Assembly: GCA_963737155.1 (NCBI GenBank)
Contig: CAVTRN010000002.1
Span: 1,184,001-1,248,000 of the forward strand
Source of the DNA: Nitrospirota bacterium
GTDB lineage: Bacteria > Nitrospirota > UBA9217
Reading direction: 5' to 3'
Length of the DNA stretch: 64,000 nt
A program made the translations under genes and the position numbers. Within the stretch, counting starts at the first letter, position 1; every line of letters begins with the position of its first letter. Below the pieces are notes generated by a model that did not search any database, was not told the DNA's origin, and worked only from the letters and a program-made list of their open reading frames with translations. This document shows positions 60,430-64,000 of this stretch, in pieces.

Positions 60430-61019
60430 GACTGCTTCCTCTTGAGAATGTAAGCATTGCTCGCAGGCACGAACACCGGCTCGACAGGCGAGATTTTGAC
60501 GCTGCCTCTCGAGAACGTGCGGGTGACCTCGTCATAATGGGCTTCCGGGTCCGCAAGAACGACGATATAGTCTGATTTCTCACGTTTGCGCAAAGGGAGC
60601 AGAAAATACTCCTCCCGCAATCCTACATACTGATTTGCTGAAAAAAGCATGTAATCGCTGGGGATTATTTTCCGGGCTTCCAACGCAAAAGCGTAGATCC
60701 CGTCTTCCATTTTTAAGAGCTTTTCATCCGTATCAAGCCCGGCATAAGTTTGCCCATCGTTCATGAGCCACCCGCTCCAGCCGATATCGGCATGGATGGC
60801 GTAAACGATGCCTGCGGAAAAAAATGTGACTATGAACGCTTTGTTCAGCGCTGAGACAAGACTGGATTTTTTCATCAGGAAAACACCAGCAGCAATAAGC
60901 AGAATGACGGCCATCAGTATGTAGATTAGCAAGATGAAAGATGGCGGGAGATTGACCGAATTGATGGTGCTTCCGGTGATGGGCTGGGTTGTGAAGATGT
61001 CCTGAAAATCAAAATTCAT
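60426..61019 (-). CDS. Hypothetical membrane protein
   Basis: Two TM helices; YFLLPLR; overlaps the downstream gene. Confidence 0.7.
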   Translation of the reverse strand: MNFDFQDIFTTQPITGSTINSVNLPPSFILLIYILMAVILLIAAGVFLMKKSSLVSALNKAFIVTFFSAGIVYAIHADIGWSGWLMNDGQTYAGLDTDEKLLKMEDGIYAFALEARKIIPSDYMLFSANQYVGLREEYFLLPLRKREKSDYIVVLADPEAHYDEVTRTFSRGSVKISPVEPVFVPASNAYILKRKQS

Positions 61020-61080
61020 GGTCACGATAGTACCACAAATAGGCGCAGAATAAAAGATTTTTGTCCATATGTGTAGAGCA

Positions 61081-62145
61081 TTACTTATTCGTCCCAGCAA
61101 TTTTCTTGAAAAACCCCTGTATGGTGTGGATAAAATCTTCCCTTGTAAGATCGCTGTGGTAAGACCTTACGATGCTATCTCGTTGGTAGCGGAACCTTTC
61201 GTAGCCGGTCTGCCTGGCCTGCTCTATAACTACCCAGTCTTCACTTCTGGAAAATGAAGCGTAGGCCTCCTTAAGTTCGGGAAAGAGAATCCTTCGGAAG
61301 CCCTCCGTGAGCGCGAAGGACAGGCCTAGTGCACCGCGGTCGCGGTTCTCGATGATCTTTTTGAATGGTCCGTGGTCGGACGTATCGGCGATAAGATCCT
61401 TCACCGCCCGTAGGTAATGTTCCAACTGCCGGTCTCCTGATGAAAGGGCGATGATTTCTTTCCATTCCGGGATTGCTTCTGCGGCCTCTCCGATCTCGTG
61501 TGCAAGTAGTATTTCGGAGTATCTGTCCGCCATTTGCTCCAGGCGTTGTTCAAATGTTATGTCAATAATCTGGCGGTTCGTAAAACCGTATTCCAGAAAC
61601 GCGTCTTTCAGAATCGTTGCGTGCCGCGTGTTTAACTCTGAATGCTTGTAGAGGAGAAGGATTGTTAGCGGTTCGAGGCGGAGAAAAACGGTTTTTTCTT
61701 GGAGCATGCCAGGAGCACTGAAGAGGTCCCTAACGAGTTCCCGCCCCGAGGTATAAACCGTCAGACCGGAGACTTCCCGCAGAGCACGCAGTTCCGCCAG
61801 AAAAAAGGTGGGCTTGAGATACATGCCGTAGCCCGCACCATAGACGAGCCCTTCTCGGGCGAGTTTCTCATTGATTGCCGCGACATCGAAAGGATCATGA
61901 TTAGTCCCATTAATGGTCAGACTTCGGAATCCCTCTTTTTCCAGTTCAGGCCACTTCGACTCTTTTGCCTCAATCCACAGTCCGATTTTTTCATGCGAGA
62001 TTTCAGACCATGGTTTTAATCCCATCTCGGAGCGATACAGGTCGCGGTACCGCATGAGTAGGCCGCAGACCGAAAAATATCCCCAAAATTGCGAGTCGGA
62101 AACGTCACAGTTGAACTTTATATTAGCAAGAAGTTCAGAATCCAT
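61081..62145 (-). CDS. Conserved hypothetical protein (Sfum_1244-like)
   Basis: NCDVSD..WGYFSVCGLLMRYRDLY, YGAGYG, KPTFF, HEIGE. Confidence 0.75.
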   Translation of the reverse strand: MDSELLANIKFNCDVSDSQFWGYFSVCGLLMRYRDLYRSEMGLKPWSEISHEKIGLWIEAKESKWPELEKEGFRSLTINGTNHDPFDVAAINEKLAREGLVYGAGYGMYLKPTFFLAELRALREVSGLTVYTSGRELVRDLFSAPGMLQEKTVFLRLEPLTILLLYKHSELNTRHATILKDAFLEYGFTNRQIIDITFEQRLEQMADRYSEILLAHEIGEAAEAIPEWKEIIALSSGDRQLEHYLRAVKDLIADTSDHGPFKKIIENRDRGALGLSFALTEGFRRILFPELKEAYASFSRSEDWVVIEQARQTGYERFRYQRDSIVRSYHSDLTREDFIHTIQGFFKKIAGTNK

Positions 62146-62475
62146 ATGACATATTACCATCTCAGGATTGTTAAGTCCACCTCTGCGAGTGCTGCTTCAC
62201 TGTACGGGAGCGCCTTTTCAGAACTCACGGTTTTCGCCAGAATCCAGCCATGTCGTCGTCCAAGCTTCGTGACGAAGTACAATATTTGATCAACTGTTGG
62301 ATGCTATGAGCAGCCTAAACATGGGAACAGTAACGCTTGATCCAAAGTAAGGCAAATTTGTCATGGCTCAATCCGTCAAGCTGAGCTTTTTTGGGGGGTA
62401 TTGTGCTAATGCCCACGTTCCCTGCAGAAGGCTCTTTCGGCTTTTTCTGTTTCACTGGTCCCGGCCAAAAAGTCC

Positions 62476-62504
62476 TTGCAACTGCTGAAAAAATAAACTA
62501 TAAT
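62476..62504 (+). promoter_or_regulatory. sigma70 promoter for pheA
   Basis: TTGCAA-17 nt-TATAAT. Confidence 0.7.
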
Positions 62505-62539
62505 TCTCAAATCTCCTTTCAGGCAGGTTTTTAACCGAG

Positions 62540-63622
62540 ATGCCCAACCAGAAAATTAAGGAATTTCGTAAAAAGATTGATGAGATTGATAATAAGCTGG
62601 TCGATTTACTCAATGAACGTGCTCGCATTGTAATAGAAGTCGGCAACGTCAAGAAAATCGCGAAGCTGGATTTTCATTCTCCGTCCAGGGAACAGGAAAT
62701 ACTTGAGCGCCTTACTGCGTTGAACACCGGCCCGTTCCCGCAGGATACACTCAGGGCCGTTTATCATGAGATACTCTCCTCATCGCTTTCCTTGGAACGA
62801 CCGATTAAAGTTGCTTATCTCGGCCCGCGTGCAACCTTTACGCACCAGGCTGGCATGCAGCAGTTCGGTTATGCGGCCCAGTACGTGCCCACGGAGAGTA
62901 TTAGGGACATTTTTCGCGAGGTGGAACGGGGCCGTGCCGATTTCGGTGTTGTTCCCATAGAAAACTCGACCGAAGGCGTAGTCAACTATACCCTCGACAT
63001 GTTCATAGATTCGGATCTCAAAATTTACGCTGAGATAATGCTTGAAGTGTCGCAGAATCTAATGAACAAATCAGGTCGGAGCGAGGACATTAAAAAAATT
63101 TACACCCATCCCCAGGTACCTGGCCAGTGCCGTCAGTGGATCGAAAAAAACCTGTCGGGCATACCCATCATGGACGCGCCCAGCACGGCGAGGGCCGCCG
63201 AAATGGCAGTAGATGATCCCATGATCGGGGCCATCGCGAGCGAAATGGCCTCCATGCTTTATGGGCTTCAGATAGTGGCTCGCCGGATTGAGGATAACCA
63301 GAATAATTTCACCCGTTTTCTGGTCATTGCCCTGAAGTCGCCGGGGAAAACAGGGCGTGACAAAACCTCGATCATGTTCTCCATCAAGGACCGCGTCGGC
63401 GCGTTATACAATATGCTTGCTCCTTTCGCGAAAAAAGGTATCAACTTGAACCGCCTTGATGCGCGGCCATCGGGCAGGAAGGTCTGGGATTACGTGTTCT
63501 TTCTCGACATGGAAGGTCATATCGAGGACGAGAATGTTGAAGCCGCGATCGAGAAGCTCAGAATCGATTGCATGTTCCTGAAGGTTCTCGGTTCCTATCC
63601 CCGGTGCCAAGTAAAGCATTAG
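62540..63622 (+). CDS. pheA: Chorismate mutase/prephenate dehydratase (P-protein)
   Basis: RKKIDEID..LLNER CM domain, YLGPRATF, VPIENSTEG, NFTRF, ACT with LGSYP. Confidence 0.96.
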   Translation: MPNQKIKEFRKKIDEIDNKLVDLLNERARIVIEVGNVKKIAKLDFHSPSREQEILERLTALNTGPFPQDTLRAVYHEILSSSLSLERPIKVAYLGPRATFTHQAGMQQFGYAAQYVPTESIRDIFREVERGRADFGVVPIENSTEGVVNYTLDMFIDSDLKIYAEIMLEVSQNLMNKSGRSEDIKKIYTHPQVPGQCRQWIEKNLSGIPIMDAPSTARAAEMAVDDPMIGAIASEMASMLYGLQIVARRIEDNQNNFTRFLVIALKSPGKTGRDKTSIMFSIKDRVGALYNMLAPFAKKGINLNRLDARPSGRKVWDYVFFLDMEGHIEDENVEAAIEKLRIDCMFLKVLGSYPRCQVKH

Positions 63623-63707
63623 GCAGCAAGTAAACAAGATATTGGGAATACTGGAGGGGTCCGGAGAATCCGCTTTGCTTCATTAATTTTGCTTGAGAGG
63701 TTTTATC

Positions 63708-64000
63708 ATGGTCAGTGTATCAGACAACATTAAGAATATCATCCCTTATGTTCCGGGAAAGCCGATTGAGGAGCTTGAGCGTGAACTCGGCATTAGCGGA
63801 AGCATCAAGCTGGCTTCGAATGAGAACCCCCTCGGTCCATCGCCCAAGGCAACGGCGGCGATCAAGAAAATTGTCGAAAAACTGAACCGGTATCCTGATG
63901 GCAGCGGTTTCTATCTGTCGCAGTCCCTTGCGGCGAAATACAACGTTGAACTGTCCCAGGTCATTCTCGGAAACGGCTCAAATGAGCTGATCGAGCTGGT
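63708..64000 (+). CDS. hisC: Histidinol-phosphate aminotransferase (partial, runs off the window)
   Basis: PYVPGKPIEEL, IKLASNENPLGPSP, RYPD, GNGSNELI; not in the ORF track because it has no stop. Confidence 0.93.
   Translation, partial: MVSVSDNIKNIIPYVPGKPIEELERELGISGSIKLASNENPLGPSPKATAAIKKIVEKLNRYPDGSGFYLSQSLAAKYNVELSQVILGNGSNELIEL

Noticed and set aside
1-64000. CRISPR arrays, tRNA or rRNA genes
   Set aside because: No regularly spaced repeats, cloverleaf signatures or rRNA sequence were seen by eye.

Overview
This 64-kb bacterial window is about 50% GC. Gene content suggests an anaerobic or microaerobic Nitrospirota- or Desulfobacterota-like organism (inference). The housekeeping backbone comprises trxB, two moeA paralogs, tolQRA-tolB, a three-gene split glutamate synthase, threonine dehydratase, glgB/glgC, a RACo-type ASKHA ATPase and pheA-hisC. 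The best candidate for an undescribed system is at 33.6-42.8 kb on the minus strand. It is a compact highly-reducing type II PKS/FAS (FabG, a non-catalytic CLF-like KS, FabZ, an active KS, ACP) plus a CrtI-like flavoenzyme. It is flanked by a PhcB-like SAM methyltransferase and a membrane-bound hybrid histidine kinase, so it may be a lipid/polyene methyl-ester quorum-sensing module. The second candidate is a ~190-nt end-paired ncRNA with its own promoter and raiA-motif-like segments (55556-55747). Also present are a c-di-GMP-I riboswitch in front of a broken ORF, a catalytically intact solo TnpB, one IS607 element and two IS607 relics (one inside the tol operon, with an identical omega-RNA-like hairpin), IS200/IS605-type palindromic mini-elements and several pseudogenes. 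All calls come from reading motifs by eye; no database searches were run.
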